Below, piece by piece: positions 26,134-40,117 of a stretch of DNA of 64,000 nucleotides. This stretch comes from Octopus vulgaris (Eukaryota): positions 31,496,001 through 31,560,000 of the forward strand of contig OX597834.1 in the NCBI GenBank assembly GCA_951406725.2, in the 5' to 3' direction. Each line of letters begins with the position of its first letter. Position 1 is the first letter of the stretch. A program made the position numbers and the translations under genes. The notes beneath the pieces were generated by a model, which was not told the DNA's origin, made no database searches, and saw nothing but the letters and a program-made list of their open reading frames with translations.

Positions 26134-26374
26134 ATTGTATATATCTATTACATATATGTGTGTGTGTGTGTGTGTGCAAATACTTGTACATCTGTATTAA
26201 AGTCAGTCTTGCTATGACTTTAAAATGTCATTGTAACAATGCTGGAACATGTACATAGATTCGATATCTTTTGTTCAAGAAATACTTCACTACGTCTGAT
26301 TGTCTGTCTCTCTATCTATCTATTGATCTATCTATCTATTTGTCTCTATAAGTATATATGTCTGTCTGTCTGTC

Positions 26375-26453
<79 letters not shown>

Positions 26454-26489
26454 ATATATATAGAGAGAGAGACAGACAAACAGACAGAC

Positions 26490-26532
<43 letters not shown>

Positions 26533-26690
26533 CAGATGTTAGTTAACAGTTGTATATATATGTGTGTATGTATATATATATATACATATACATATATACA
26601 CACACACATTTATATATAGTTGTATACTTATATATCGTTGTATGTTTATGTAGTTGTGTATAATGTGTATGTTTGCGTGTATATACATAC

Positions 26691-26723
<33 letters not shown>

Positions 26724-27309
26724 AATGTATATACATTTATGTGTGTGTATACATATATATATACATATATATACGTATATATATTTATATATACATATAT
26801 ATATATATATTTATATATATATTATATATATGTGTGTTATATATCTATTTATGTATTTTTATATATCTATGTATGTGTGTATATATATGTGTGTATATAT
26901 ATATATATATGCACATTTATATATATGTATGTATGTATGTATATTTATATATGTGTGTGTGTGTGTGTGTGTATCTTATTTCGTCTTTTCATTGTATATC
27001 CGTCCATTGTGCCATATTTCTATAGTAATCGGGTGTAGGTGTCAGGTGGGTGTGACGGATGATTTATTTGCTGTATGTCCAATGTCCAAATATATTTTAC
27101 ACATGGATGCCCTTCCTACAACTGACCACTCAACTATGAAGTTGAAATTCCACTTAGTTTCTTCTTTTTTCGAGTTTTTTCTCTTTTATTACCCTGTGGT
27201 GAATGTCAGATGATCAGAAACAGTGATCCTTGTCCTTAGTTGTCCTACATTTTGCCCTCACAGGCACTGTGTCCTCTATGAAACTCTCTCTCTCTCTCTC
27301 TCTTTCCAT

Positions 27310-27345
<36 letters not shown>

Positions 27346-27357
27346 GTGTGTGTGTGT

Positions 27358-27660
27358 GGAGGCGCAATGGCCCAGTGGTTAGGGCAGCGGACTCGCGGTT
27401 GTAGGATCGCGGTTTCGATTCCCAGACCAGGCGTTGTGAATTTTTATTGAGGGAAAACACCTAAAGCTCTACGAGGCTCCGGCAGGGAGTGGTGGCGATC
27501 CCTGCTGTACTCTTTCGCCACAGCTTTCTCTCACTCTTTCTTCTATTGGCCTGCTCGCTTAGCCACCGGGGTGGCGTCATTTTGAGGCTAAAACAATGCG
27601 AAGCACATTGTGACCAGCGATGTGTAGCAACATCTGATAGCCTGGTCGGTGATGGTGATA
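27358..27660 (+). mobile_element. tRNA-derived SINE family D, full length
   Basis: GGCGCAATGGCCCAGTGGTTAGGGC (A box)...GGTTTCGATTCCC (B box). The same head occurs at 62094-62256 (-). Confidence 0.85.
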
Positions 27661-27799
27661 TACATATATATATATATACAGACACATATATTTTATGTAT
27701 ATATACATACGCATATACCTATATATATATAGTATCAAAGAAAGCACAGTGCAGGAAAAACAGACCATTTCAGATGATGGCTGTATGAGTGTGTGTGTG

Positions 27800-28220
27800 T
27801 GTGTTTTATCTTTAACTGGTTTCAGTCATTGGACTGCAGCCACGCTGGGAAATGACCTTGAAGGGCTTAGTGAAACAAACTGAACCAACACTAGTAATTA
27901 TTTTTATATGTAGTACTTTTTCTATCAGTTTCTTTTACAGGGACATAAACAAACCAACACCATTCAGTTGCCATCTGGTGTGATTGTGTTGGAAGCAAAC
28001 ACACCACAAAGAGACACACACACATAAACACACACATGCACCCCCACCCCAACACACAGACATATATATGATAGGTTTTGACACATTTCCTATTTATCAA
28101 ATTCACTCATATTTGTTGGAAACATATAGTAGGAGGCACTTGCCCAAAGGTGCCTCACAATGGGACTGAACCTGAGACCATGTGGTTGCAATGTGAGCTT
28201 CTTAACTATATAGGCAAAGC
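27800..28220 (-). mobile_element. Diverged SINE family A copy
   Basis: Tail TTTCAGTCATTGGACTGCAGCC and head ACTTGCCCAAAGG..GGGACTGAACC. Confidence 0.7.
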
Positions 28221-28229
28221 CTCTGCATA

Positions 28230-28260
<31 letters not shown>

Positions 28261-28306
28261 GTATATATATATATATATATAAATAATATATATATGTATG
28301 TATATG

Positions 28307-28355
<49 letters not shown>

Positions 28356-28545
28356 GCATCTATGAGTACAGGACGTCACCAACTGTGTAAACAACATGAA
28401 ATATGAAAACAAACTCTTTGCTGTTCTTCCTTGATGAAAGGCCTCCCTTTCCCAGTTCTTGTTAGTTTTGAATCATTGATGCCTCTTTTTGCAGGTAGGC
28501 CCTATTGAGACCCATTTTTACTTCTCAGAAAAAGTTGTTCATATT

Positions 28546-28662
28546 AGTCTGGCCTCTGTCCATTGGCTTATCTAGTATGAAAGGCTAGCCCTACCAAGAG
28601 CTTGTGCTCCACTGGCCCAGCTATCATGGTCACTAAGGCATATAAGCCACCACAGCACAACA
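28546..28662 (-). mobile_element. Possible remnant of an RTE-clade LINE 5' UTR
   Basis: Minus GTTGTGCTGTGGTGGCTTATATGCCTTAGTGACC..GCTCTTGGTAGGG..CCAGACTAA resembles RTE 5' UTR motifs as I recall them; not database-checked. Confidence 0.4.
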
Positions 28663-29708
28663 TGTATTAGACCTTGTGATGCAATCCTCTCCTCTGCCTT
28701 TGATTATATCTGGGGGTGAGGCACCCATCGGATTTATTGCTGTGAATCAAGTACTTTCGTTATTTTTAAAACTGCTTCATCGCAAAAAAAGTGGGATTTT
28801 AGATTCACTTGATGTGTGTCCCCTCCAGGCCTTCAAAGGTATATTGAGCCACAGCAGTTGAAAAAATAAAGGCATTGCAACTGTAAGGTGTCATCTGGCT
28901 CAGCCAGCCCTTAAGGCGAATATAGAAAGGAAGAAATTAAACAGGAAAAAAAATGGTCACTAACCACACAGCCATGCCCATTTTAATTAATTTGGAGTAG
29001 AAAAGAATATTTATTTGGGAGCCTTGATCACCAACATCCTACAAGCTAATACCAAACTAAGTATGCTCTAGGTCTACCATGGGCAAAATGGGGCTTGTGA
29101 GACTTTCTGAATGGCACATCTAACTTCATGAGGAAAATAACATTTATTAAAAGTATCTTAAATTTTTTTAGTAGTGTGGCCGGCTTGATGATGTGGCCCA
29201 CTTCTTGAAAAGGGTTGTCCATGTGACTCTAGGTACCCCATCTGTCTTGTGTACTGCTACATTTAACGTCTTTGCTCTTTTCTTCACTCACCCAAAATTC
29301 TTCACCCACCACTCAACCATTCTACTACATAACATAAACCAATTCCATGCTTTCCCTCCCCCTCACTCTCCTCCTCCTCCCCTTCCTTGCTCTCCTTCTA
29401 CGAAGCCCCAGACCTGTACTGAAGGAAAACAAGCAGCATGACCTAACTCTTTTGCTCTTGTTACAACATCAGTTCCCCTTCTTGCCCTCCCTAATGTCTT
29501 CCCCTTCTGCACCAAGTCAAGTCCCATCTCTCCTACCTCTATTTCATAAATGTGTGTATGTGTGTATGTTCCCTCCACCTCCTCAATTAACCCTTACCCT
29601 GCTTAACTGTCAACACTTCAAAAGCAACATTAGTAACTATACTGATTCCCCACCCCTTTGCTCCAATTAACCCCTCCACCCGGCAGAGTATGCTTATATG
29701 TGTGCATT

Positions 29709-29744
<36 letters not shown>

Positions 29745-30034
29745 TGTGTATGTGTGTGTGAATGTCTGTATGCATGTGAATTTTTGTATGTGAGGGTGTG
29801 AGAATGTGTGTGTGTGTGTGTGAGTATGTTTGTATGAATGTGTGTGCATGTGTGAATGTGTGTGTATGTGTGAATGTGTGTGTGTGCATGTGTGAATGTG
29901 TGTGTGTGGATATGTGTGTGAGTTTGAATGTGTGTGTGTGAGTGTGTGTGTTTGTGAATGTGTGTATGAGTGTGTGGGTATGTGTGAATATGTGTGTGTA
30001 TATTTGCGAATCTGTGCACGTGTGTGTGTGTGTT

Positions 30035-30079
<45 letters not shown>

Positions 30080-32039
30080 ATAGCCTCCACCCCGTGTCTT
30101 GACATTACATGACAGTTGAAAGCGAGTGTTCTCATTGTCATACAAGTGATGTTTGTTTCCCCGTATTAGTCTGGAAACTGGTGAGGGTTGGCAACAGGAA
30201 GGGCATCCAGCTGTAGAAACAAAATCTACCTCAACAAACTGTGTCTGACCCATGAAAGCATGGTAAAAATGCATGTTAAAATGACAATGATGATGATAAT
30301 GATGATAGTGATGATGATGATGGTCAGGATGATGCCAACGCTGATGAAGATGTGGATGACTATGATATATACACATATTTTCTTTTATTTTTTAAAATCT
30401 GTCTGCCATGCATACACACAACCACATGCACTCTCTTGCACACACACACACACACACATGCATATGTATGTGTAAACATAAATGAGGCACCATCACCACT
30501 ACCACCACCACCACCACTATTCACTCCCACACCCCAGTCTCACCACCACTAGCAATACCATTGCTACCCTATCTCCACCCCAACTACTAACATCACCATA
30601 ACCACCCCAGGTGGACCATCTCCATCCATCCCCACCACCATTTCGCACACCGCAACCGATCCCCATCACCACCACCACCACCACCACCACCATCTTCACC
30701 TCTACCTGCTCCACTCCTATCACCATTATCTCCACAACCATTGCCAGTACTAGCACCACCACTGCTATTGTACACCACCACTACCATCAAATACTTCACC
30801 CACCCAAATACTACCATCAAATACTACCACTATCAACACTACCACTACCACCACCACCACCACCACCACCTTCACCACCACCACCACTAGCACCTTCACG
30901 ATCATCACCATCACCATCATCACAACCATAATCACCACAGCAGCCATGACCATCAGTATCACCAACTATGATCAACAAACTGCCACCAACAATGACCACC
31001 ACCAACAACGGCCCCCACCCACCACGACACCACCACCATCTCCATCTTATGGTGTCCTTTATGGCAGATTGAAATCCATCTTGGAGAAAGATTCTCCTTT
31101 CACTTGCTGGATTAATTCTGCTGTTGTTTTTTTTTATTCATCCCCGCCCCCTTTCTACACCCTTTGCACCCTTTTGTCTCTTCACCCCCACCTCGCTCTG
31201 CTCTGTCTACAGTTTTGTTGTGTCTCTCCTTCACCCTCTCCCACTTCTGTCTCTCTCTCTCTCTCTGACTCTCTCTCTTTCTCTTTTTCTTTTCTTTCTT
31301 CTGTATCATTGCTAGTCTGAAGGTGAGATGTGGGGTGCCCCCCTCCCCCAACGAGGGCAGGTCAGAGTGGGGTGGTGGTGGTGGTTGAGGAGAGGGAAGT
31401 TAACAATGTGATGGTGTAAGCAGTGGAGGGGGAGGATTTAAAAAAGAGTGGGTCGGGTGGGAGGCTATTAGTTTCTTCCACAACCTCTTCTTTATACACC
31501 ATCACCACCACCGCCACCGCCGCCGCCGCCACCACCACCACAGTCCGGTCACCCTCGTATTTATTTATCTTTTTTTTAACGTTTGTTTTCTTTGGTCCCT
31601 ACTTTTCTGCTGGCACCAAAACCACCACCACCACTACCACCACCAACACTACCACCACCAACACTACCACCACCAACACTACCACCACCAACACTACCAC
31701 CACCAACACAACCAGCAACACCACCACCACCACCACCAACTCAACCACAACCACCATCATCATCATCATCATCATCATCGTCATCATGGAGATTATCACC
31801 ACCACTACACCACCTCCACCACTGCCACAACTACCACCATTGCTGCCATCATCATCACTATCCCACCTCCCACCATCACCATCATCATCATTACACATGA
31901 ATACCAATTTCCAATGTCCTCCCCACCCACTTCCTGGCATTGCATTTTCCACTCACACTTCCCCACCCTGCTTTTAGCATCTCTTCACCCACCCCCACCT
32001 ACTCTACGTACCCCTTACCCTGCCTCCATAATGAGGAAC

Positions 32040-33075
32040 GGATTTCATTCATTAGATTTGTCACTCACGCACTCTTGCTCATTCACTCCTTTGCTCTTTC
32101 ACTCATTTACTCAAATCATTGATACATTCACTCATTCATTCACTTATTCGTTTACTCTTTTCTTCATTCCCCACCTCTCTCCCTCTCTTTCATTTATTCT
32201 TGCTCATTCACTCTTGCTTTTTCATTCATTCACTTCATTCATTCACTCTCTCAGTCATTCACTTATTCACTAACTCTTTTTCTTTTTCTTTTTCATTCAT
32301 ATAATTCACTCTTGCTCATTCACTCTTTTACTCTTTCATTCATTCACTCAAATCATTCATTCATTCATTCACTTATTCACTCACTCTTCCCCTTATTCCC
32401 TAGCTCTCTCCCACTCTTTCATTCACTTATTCAGTTTTCCCTTACTCTCATTCACCCTCTCATTCATTCACTCTCTCTTTCATTCACTCACTTATTCACT
32501 CTTTCTCTCTCTCCCTAATTCATTCATTCTCACACTCACATGCTCATTCATTCACTCTCTCTTTCATTCACTCACTTATTCACTCTTTCTCTCTCCCTAA
32601 TTCATTCATTCTCACACTCACATGCTCATTCATTCACTCTCTCTTTCATTCACTCACTTATTCACTCTTTCTCTCTCCCTAATTCCTTCATTCTCCCACT
32701 CACATGCTCATTCATTCATTCACTCTCTCTTTCATTCACTAACTTATTCACTCTTTCTCTCTCCCTAATTCATTCATTCTCCCACTCACATGCTCATTCA
32801 TTCATTCAATCTCTCTTTCATTCACTCACTTATTCACTCTTTCTCTCTCCCTAATTCATTCATTCTCCCACTCACATGCTCATTCATTCATTCAATCTCT
32901 CACACTCACTAATTCATTCACTCCTTCACACACATTCATTCATTCATTCATTCATCCTCTCACACACTCTTCACTCACTTTCTCAATCACTGTTCAATCA
33001 CTCAATCACTCAATCCGCCCCCACACACACTCTCTCACTTTCACTTTCACTCTCTCACTTTCACTTTCACTAACT
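32040..33075. repeat. (TCAT/CACT)-rich array with a higher-order 82-86-bp unit (at least 5 copies, ~32458-32890)
   Basis: TGCTCATTCA at 32541, 32623, 32705, 32791 and 32877. Confidence 0.9.
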
Positions 33076-33715
33076 CACATACTCCAGCCACCACCGCCAC
33101 CACCTCCACCATCAGCGCCACCACTGCCGCCCCCGCCACACCCACTACCACCACCACCACCACCACTACTACTGCCACCTCTTCCTCCTCCTCCACCATC
33201 ATCCAGCTAAGTTAGCTTTGTTATCTGAAATCTTTGTCTGCTGGCTCAAAGATTCTTTCCTCAAGCATGTAACCACCCCAACAATTACTACAACGCACAT
33301 GCACACACACACATACACACACACACACGCACACACACACACACTCACACACGCACGCACACACACTCTCACACACACACACACACGCAATCACACACAC
33401 ACACACACACATACACACTCACACATGCACACAGACACACACACACAGACACACACGCACACATATACACACACATACACACACACACACACTCACGCAC
33501 ACACACTCACGCACACACACTCAAACAATGCATGCACATACACACATGCACCTACACAAACACACACGTGTACACACATGCACATTCACACACATACAAA
33601 AGTGCATACATGCACACAGTTCTACCCTAGCTGCTTCCGCCCGACCAGCTTGTTCTTTTGCACACTGACACATACCACGATCTTCCTTTTCTTTCCATTT
33701 GTCTATATCAGTGTG

Positions 33716-33767
<52 letters not shown>

Positions 33768-33896
33768 ACATACATATATGCATATAAAAATAGATAAAGA
33801 GATACATCAGCAGATAAAGATATTTATCAAATTTTTTTTTTACAAGGAAAACATTGACAGTGACTTCAAAGTTTCAGCTTGTGCAAATAAAATAGT

Positions 33897-33996
<100 letters not shown>

Positions 33997-34001
33997 ATAT
34001 A

Positions 34002-34068
<67 letters not shown>

Positions 34069-34443
34069 ATTATGTTTATATATGTATATATGCATATGTA
34101 TATATGGATATATATGTATGTGTGTATGTTTATATATACAAAATATAAAATTTCTATATTTTATGTACTCTCTCCTTTTATATATATATGCATATGTACA
34201 TGTGTGTGTGTGTGTATGTGTGTGTGTGTGTGCATGTATGTGTATGTATGTTTGCATGTACAGAAAATAGTATTATATCATAGAGATTCATATTAATCTA
34301 GACAGCGCAATCTTGATTAATCTATGCAAGATATTTAACTTGCTGTGCAAGACAACAATTCAAAAGATACTTACATATATATATATACACACATATATAT
34401 ATATATGTATATATATGTGTGTGCGTGTGTGTGTGTGTGTGTA

Positions 34444-34755
34444 CAGGAGCTGAAGTGGCTGTGTGGTAAGTAGCATCGTTCCGAGCTCAGCCCCACTGCA
34501 TGGCACCTTGGGCCAGTGTCTTCTACTATAGCCTTGAGCCGACCAAAGCCTTGTTGTATGTATGTATGTATGTATGTATGTATGTATGTTTGTGTGTTTG
34601 TGTTTGTTTCTCCTACCATCGCTTGACAACTGATGTTGGTTTGTTTACATCCCCGTAACTTCGCAGTTCGCCAAAAAGAGAATGATAGAATGAATACTAG
34701 GCTAAAAGGTGGTGCTCCAGCATGGCCGCAATCAAATAACTGAAACAAATAAAAG
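34444..34755 (+). mobile_element. Internally deleted SINE family A copy
   Basis: GTGGCTGTGTGGTAAGTAGC..GGCACCTTGGG..GGTGCTCCAGCATGGCCGCA. Confidence 0.75.
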
Positions 34756-34967
34756 AATACTCATCATGATCACACACATACACACAGACATTTATATATT
34801 TGCTGTCTGGTTAAGAACTTTGCTTTGCAACTTTCTTGGTTTTTGGTTGAGTCCATTTCTGAGCAACTGCCCTCTCCACTATACCTCTGACTGGCCATCA
34901 AGGCCTTGTGAGAGGATTTGATAGATGGAAACTGGGAGCAGCTCTTAATATGTGTGTGTGTATCCCT

Positions 34968-35362
34968 GTGCTGGTGGCATGTAAAAAGCACGATTCAAGC
35001 ATGATCGTTATCAGCATCGCCTTACTGGGACCTGTGCCGGTGACATGTGAAAATCAACATTTGAGCATGGTTGTTGCCAGTGCCGTGGGACTGGCTCTTG
35101 TGCAGGTGGCATGTAAAAAACACCATTTGAGTGTGGTCATTGCCAGTACCATCTGACTGCCCCTCGTGCCAGTGGCATGTAAAAGGCACCCACTAAAACT
35201 CTCAGATTGGTTGGCGTTAGGGCATCCAGCTGTGGAAACTTTGCCAGATCAGATTGGAGCCTGGTGCAGCCTTCTGGCTTGCCAGTCCTCAGTCAAACCG
35301 TCTGACCCATGCCAGCGTGGCAAGCAGACGTTAAATGACGATGATGATGATGATGATGATGA
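34968..35362 (+). mobile_element. Family B retroposon with ~4 diverged internal repeat units and (GAT)n tail
   Basis: GTGGCATGTAAAA(A/G) recurs at ~60-70-bp spacing; ends GACGTTAAATGAC(GAT)n. Confidence 0.8.
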
Positions 35363-35999
35363 TTATTATGATATATATATATATAGATATATTGAATAAG
35401 ATAGAGTCAAAAAGGAGTAAGGTTGGACAGTAATTTGTTAATCACTACACAGGCTTCCATAGAACATAGTTCTTCATGTATACAGGTATTTGATTATGCA
35501 ATGGTTTACCTGTATAACAGGATTTAGTTGTATAGATATTTCGAAGGGTGAGTGAGCTCTATTTTGTACTCTGCTACATTCCTAACAGAATATACCTTAA
35601 ATATATATGGATATAGATATAGATTCATACACATATACATATACATACTTATACTTATATATATATATTAGTTGAGAGACACCTGTTGTTATTTTCTTGT
35701 ATTTGTAATTGTGTAACATTTTCTCCATTTTTTGTCTCTGTTGTCATACACATTCGCTTGCTTTCTCCTAAAATATTTAATGCTTGATTTGAACAGTTTC
35801 AAGTGTATCTGTCCGAAACTGTAAGGATTATCTGGAAACTTGCCTGAGGAGAGAAGGCTGTAAATGATCTGAGCTTGTTTTTCCTATCTGTCTTTGTATC
35901 GTCTATCTGTTCAGATGTTTTATTGGCATCTGTTGCATTCTTGTTCCAGTTATTTGGATTTATATATACATATAGCAGCGTACATACACTTTTGCCCAC

Positions 36000-36039
<40 letters not shown>

Positions 36040-36099
36040 AACACACATAGATATATATAAATGAATAAATAAATGGAGTTAAATGCAGGTGCTATTCAA

Positions 36100-36700
36100 A
36101 TTCTTTTACTTCCGACACATGTTTTGAAGATATCACTGGTATTATTCCAAAGGAATAAAATGGTGTAAAACAATGTAATCTTTTCATCAGGGAAATGAAA
36201 AAATGAAACTTGTCAATAAGACATTTTAACAGAAAAGATGGATATGTATAGTGATTAATTGAACACTATTAAGTTTATTTCAAAAAAAATGTTAGAGGAT
36301 ATAACGTCAAAGGTAGTCTATAGAAAGAGGTGGGGTTAAAAAAAACCCAAATAAATGAGAAGTATATAACTATATGTATATTAAATAAAACCATATAGAC
36401 TTGGAATAAGATATATCAAGTGAGTGTGAAATGTAAGAAGAAAATTAATGTTTAAATTATATATAATGGTATTATATATATAGGTATCATTTATATGAAC
36501 TAGAGGTGTGTTTCTGCCAATGTTTACATCAGTATGCACGCTCTATAATCGTGTTTACAAAGGGATTTTTAGAAAAAAGAATAAAAAATAGTTCAGAATT
36601 ACAGAGAAGACAGAATTCCTTGCCTTTGTCATAGGGTATCGAGATTGAGAGAATCAACCAATTGTTTATTAAATTGTTTATTTTGAGAAAAATACACACA
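36100..36700 (-). mobile_element. 3' end of a Penelope-like retroelement: GIY-YIG C-terminus, AT-rich tail and hammerhead-like motif
   Basis: Peptide NWLILSISIPYDKGKEFCLLCNSELFFILFSKNPFVNTIIERAY*CKHWQK. Same-strand motif 36195-36109: tttcc-CTGATGA-aaagat...atcttc-AAAAC-ATGT-GTC-ggaag. Confidence 0.75.
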
Positions 36701-36702
36701 TA

Positions 36703-36749
<47 letters not shown>

Positions 36750-36917
36750 GCATATGGTTGGCGAAAAAACAGGAGTTACATAATTACTTTCATTATTTTA
36801 CATCCATCTCTGCTCCAAGGAGTATTGCACTCAGAGCTGAGTGCTCAAGCAACATCTTATAGCTTCCGCAGAGCCATTTGAATTAAGTGTACATACATAC
36901 ATAAATACATACATACA

Positions 36918-36948
<31 letters not shown>

Positions 36949-37274
36949 GTCTGTGTGTGTGTGTGTGCTCATGTTTGTTTAACCGGTCTAATGGTGATAT
37001 ATGTTTGAATATTTAAGACAGAATTTAGAAGTGGCTTTATGTAAAGAAACCAATAAAGCAAAGGAAATTTAATCTATTTCGTATATATATATCTTATACA
37101 AAGTTAATATTGAAAGGCCACAAGTGTTAAGTATTAAATGTAGGATGTTCAACTTTTATTGTAATTTATAAGTTAAAAAGAAACCAAGAATTAAAATAAA
37201 TAACTAACATCACACATCATTACTAAAAGATTTCTTGATATTTCTGGTATTATTGGTGTGATACTATTATTATA

Positions 37275-38030
37275 TCTCAAGATACATTTTCATTTATGTG
37301 GGCAAGATGACATTAGCTCAGTATACTTTTTCAGTGTTTTCATATTGTAGTTTAAGATTAATATTTTTTTTCCTTGTGTGCATAAGCTACAAAAAGAATT
37401 GTACTGTATATACAAGGTTTAGCTTTTGTCTAAGAAATACCAACTGATATTGTAGTTTAGATTATAATTTTTTTTCAGAAGCTACATATGTGTTGTTAAA
37501 CTTGTATCCAATCTTCTTTGTGGTGTTACAAATGTATATTTATGCTGTCTATATCTCATCTTAAATTGATTTGCTGTCATACCAATGCAATCTATTCCAT
37601 TCTAGTTAATGTTAGATGTGACAGTGGCTGCCTAGATAACTGGTTTTTCTAAGCAATTGCTATTTACTGGGCATACATTCTGTGAATTACAGTCGCGTTT
37701 TGGGGGTGTTAATATCATTTGTGGTTTGGTAATTAGAATTAATATTTCTGTTATTATTATTAATGGATGATAGCATGTTTGTGTTGAATAGCTAACTTTG
37801 AGTGAATTTGTGTTGAAAATTTTTTCGTCTATGTCTTGGTTAAGTGCAATTTTGCAAGATGGAAGAATATTTTTTCCAATATGGCTCCTAACATTGATTG
37901 AATATGCTGCATTAAACCATATGACCTTTCTTTTCTATTTCCTCTTCCTGTGTATGTTTGTCATATTTAATGGTTTCCGTGAAACCACTAGATGCCAGTG
38001 CATTAGTGTATACATCACGGTACTCTATTT
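37275..38030 (-). pseudogene. Penelope-like retroelement remnant: RT-EN linker and GIY-YIG endonuclease
   Basis: Minus peptides YTNALASSGFTETIKY, KRKVIWFNAAYSINVRSHIGK, KIFNTNSLKVSYS, DCNSQNVCPVNSNCLEKPVI*AATV, CIGMTANQFKMRYRQHKYTF and ELMSSCPHK. Many stops and frameshifts. Confidence 0.85.
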
Positions 38031-38322
38031 TATACACCTCACACATAAACATATACACACATGCATGCATATATGTGTGTGTATGTACATATATAAGTCT
38101 GTATACACACACCTAGATATATATAGACATATAAACACACACATGTATACACACACATGCATACACACACATGGATGCATGGTTGTTTGTATGTGTGTAT
38201 GTGTCACACGCATACATACCTATGTCTATCCATCTATCTATCTTGCTTTTTTTCTCTCTGTCTGTATCTCTCTCTCCCTCTCACTTTCTCTGTTTGTCTG
38301 TCTCTCTTTCTATACATACACT

Positions 38323-38360
<38 letters not shown>

Positions 38361-38453
38361 TACACAGACATATATGTAAATTTGCACATATGTGTGTCCA
38401 TTCTTATGCTTGTGTGTATACAAATAAATAGATTAGTAAATAGATAGACAGAC

Positions 38454-38493
<40 letters not shown>

Positions 38494-38997
38494 GGATGGA
38501 TGGATGGATGGATGGATGGATGGATGGATGGATGGATAGACAGACAGACAGGCAGGCAGATGGACGGACGGACAGACACACAGACAGACAGATAGATAAA
38601 ATGACAGACAAACAAACAACTAAATCTATGCTTCACCATTGCTAGAATGTTAGGATTTGAACCAACCGTAGAACTTCTGTTCTTAAGTTCCAGATTTATA
38701 TATGTGTGTACATCAATGCTCACACAACCTAGCATATAAATAGGTCCCAGCTTCATTGGTAATGGATAGCTGATTCGGTAGAGCAACAACCAAAATGACT
38801 GATAATATATTTCATTAAATGGTTTGTCATTCTGAATTCATTACTTTCCTGGGGGTGGTGGGGGTCAATTGTACCTTTAGTCCCTTTAGAGGTCAATAAG
38901 ATTAAATCAAGCACAAAGAAGGTTAATTAATCTTGTATTGTGTCCTACTGTAATTCAAAGAGTGACAAATAAAAAAAAACACCATTTTTGATAAACA

Positions 38998-39150
38998 TTT
39001 GGCGTTAGGAAGGGCATCCAGCTGTAGAAACTCTGCCAGATCAGACTGGAGCCTGGTGCAGCCTTCTGGCTTCTCAGATCCCCGGCCGAACTGTCCAACC
39101 CGTGCTAGCACGGAAAACGTACGTTAAGCGATGATGATGATGATGATGAT
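38998..39150 (+). mobile_element. Family B 3' tail, facing an older minus copy at ~39200-39620
   Basis: GGCGTTAGGAAGGGCATCCAGCTGTAGAAAC..GTTAAGC(GAT)n. Confidence 0.85.
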
Positions 39151-40117
39151 TTCAACAACAAACACACAGTTTGCATCAGTTCAAATGATATCGGTAATCA
39201 TCAACATCATCATCATCATCATCATCATCATTATTTAACATCCGTTTTCCATGCTGTCATGGGTTGGATGGTTTGACCAGAGCCAGCAAGTATGAGAGCT
39301 GCACCGGCTTCCAGTCTGTTGTGGCATGGTTTCTATGGCTGGATACCCTTCCTAACATGCCAAACACTTTACAGAGTGTGCTGGATGCTTTCTCCATGGC
39401 ATTTGCCTGGATGCTATTGCATGGCGCTAGCATGGGTGCCTTTTATGTGATGCCGACAGTGGGCTCCTGCAGGCCACATCTTTTTAGCAGTGGGAGTGGC
39501 AGTAACACTTCTGCTGTTGAAGAAGGGTCTTCTTGAGTACAGCCAGGCACCAACAAGGTACCTTGTCATCTCCTCCATAAGGTTCCAGTATCCTGAGATC
39601 ATCCAGTAACATATTAACAACACAAAGATACTGTTACCATCCGTCTAACTCTGCTACAGTCACACCAATGGCTGTACAATGGAAGCTTTTGTTGGTTACA
39701 GGTTTCCAATGAACTAGTGATTGGTTCATTGTATTTAGGATGATGAAAGCGATGAGGGATTGTCTGTGCAACTCGGGTGAAACAATTCTCAGTAAAGAAC
39801 TTTAAAACTCTTGTTTTATTAGTTTTCTTGCATATTTATATCTATCTCGATATAGATTACCAAATGATATATATATATATGCATGTGTTTGTGTGTGTGT
39901 GTGTGTGTGCATGTGTATTGTGTATTTATGTACCTATATGCATACACACACACACACATACAAACACACACACACTCCCACACACGTTTTTGTCTACCAA
40001 AATCACTCATAAAGCATCGATCAGCCCAGAGCTGTAGTAAAAGGCATTTGCCTGCAGTTCTGTACTGTGAGATTGTACCCCTGAAACCATGTTATTGCAA
40101 AGTGCACTTTGAAACAT

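Noticed and set aside
27358-27430. tRNA gene calls for A/B-box sequences here and at 6.4, 14.9, 41.9 and 62.2 kb
   Set aside because: There is no proper cloverleaf or acceptor stem, and each continues into a repeated body and tail, so they are SINE heads.
31423-31977. Mucin- or extensin-like Thr/Pro-rich ORFs (also 13.7-14.0, 30.6 and 42.7 kb)
   Set aside because: These are (CAC/CAT)n low-complexity tracts with no splice or domain support.
36752-36892. Possible Tc1/mariner 3' end
   Set aside because: The TIR-like start and peptide similarity are too degenerate to support a call.
36500-37720. Selenocysteine-type TGA codons in the Penelope-like remnants
   Set aside because: The TGAs seen (AY*CKH, PHK*K) are not at Cys positions, and other stops and frameshifts show ordinary decay.
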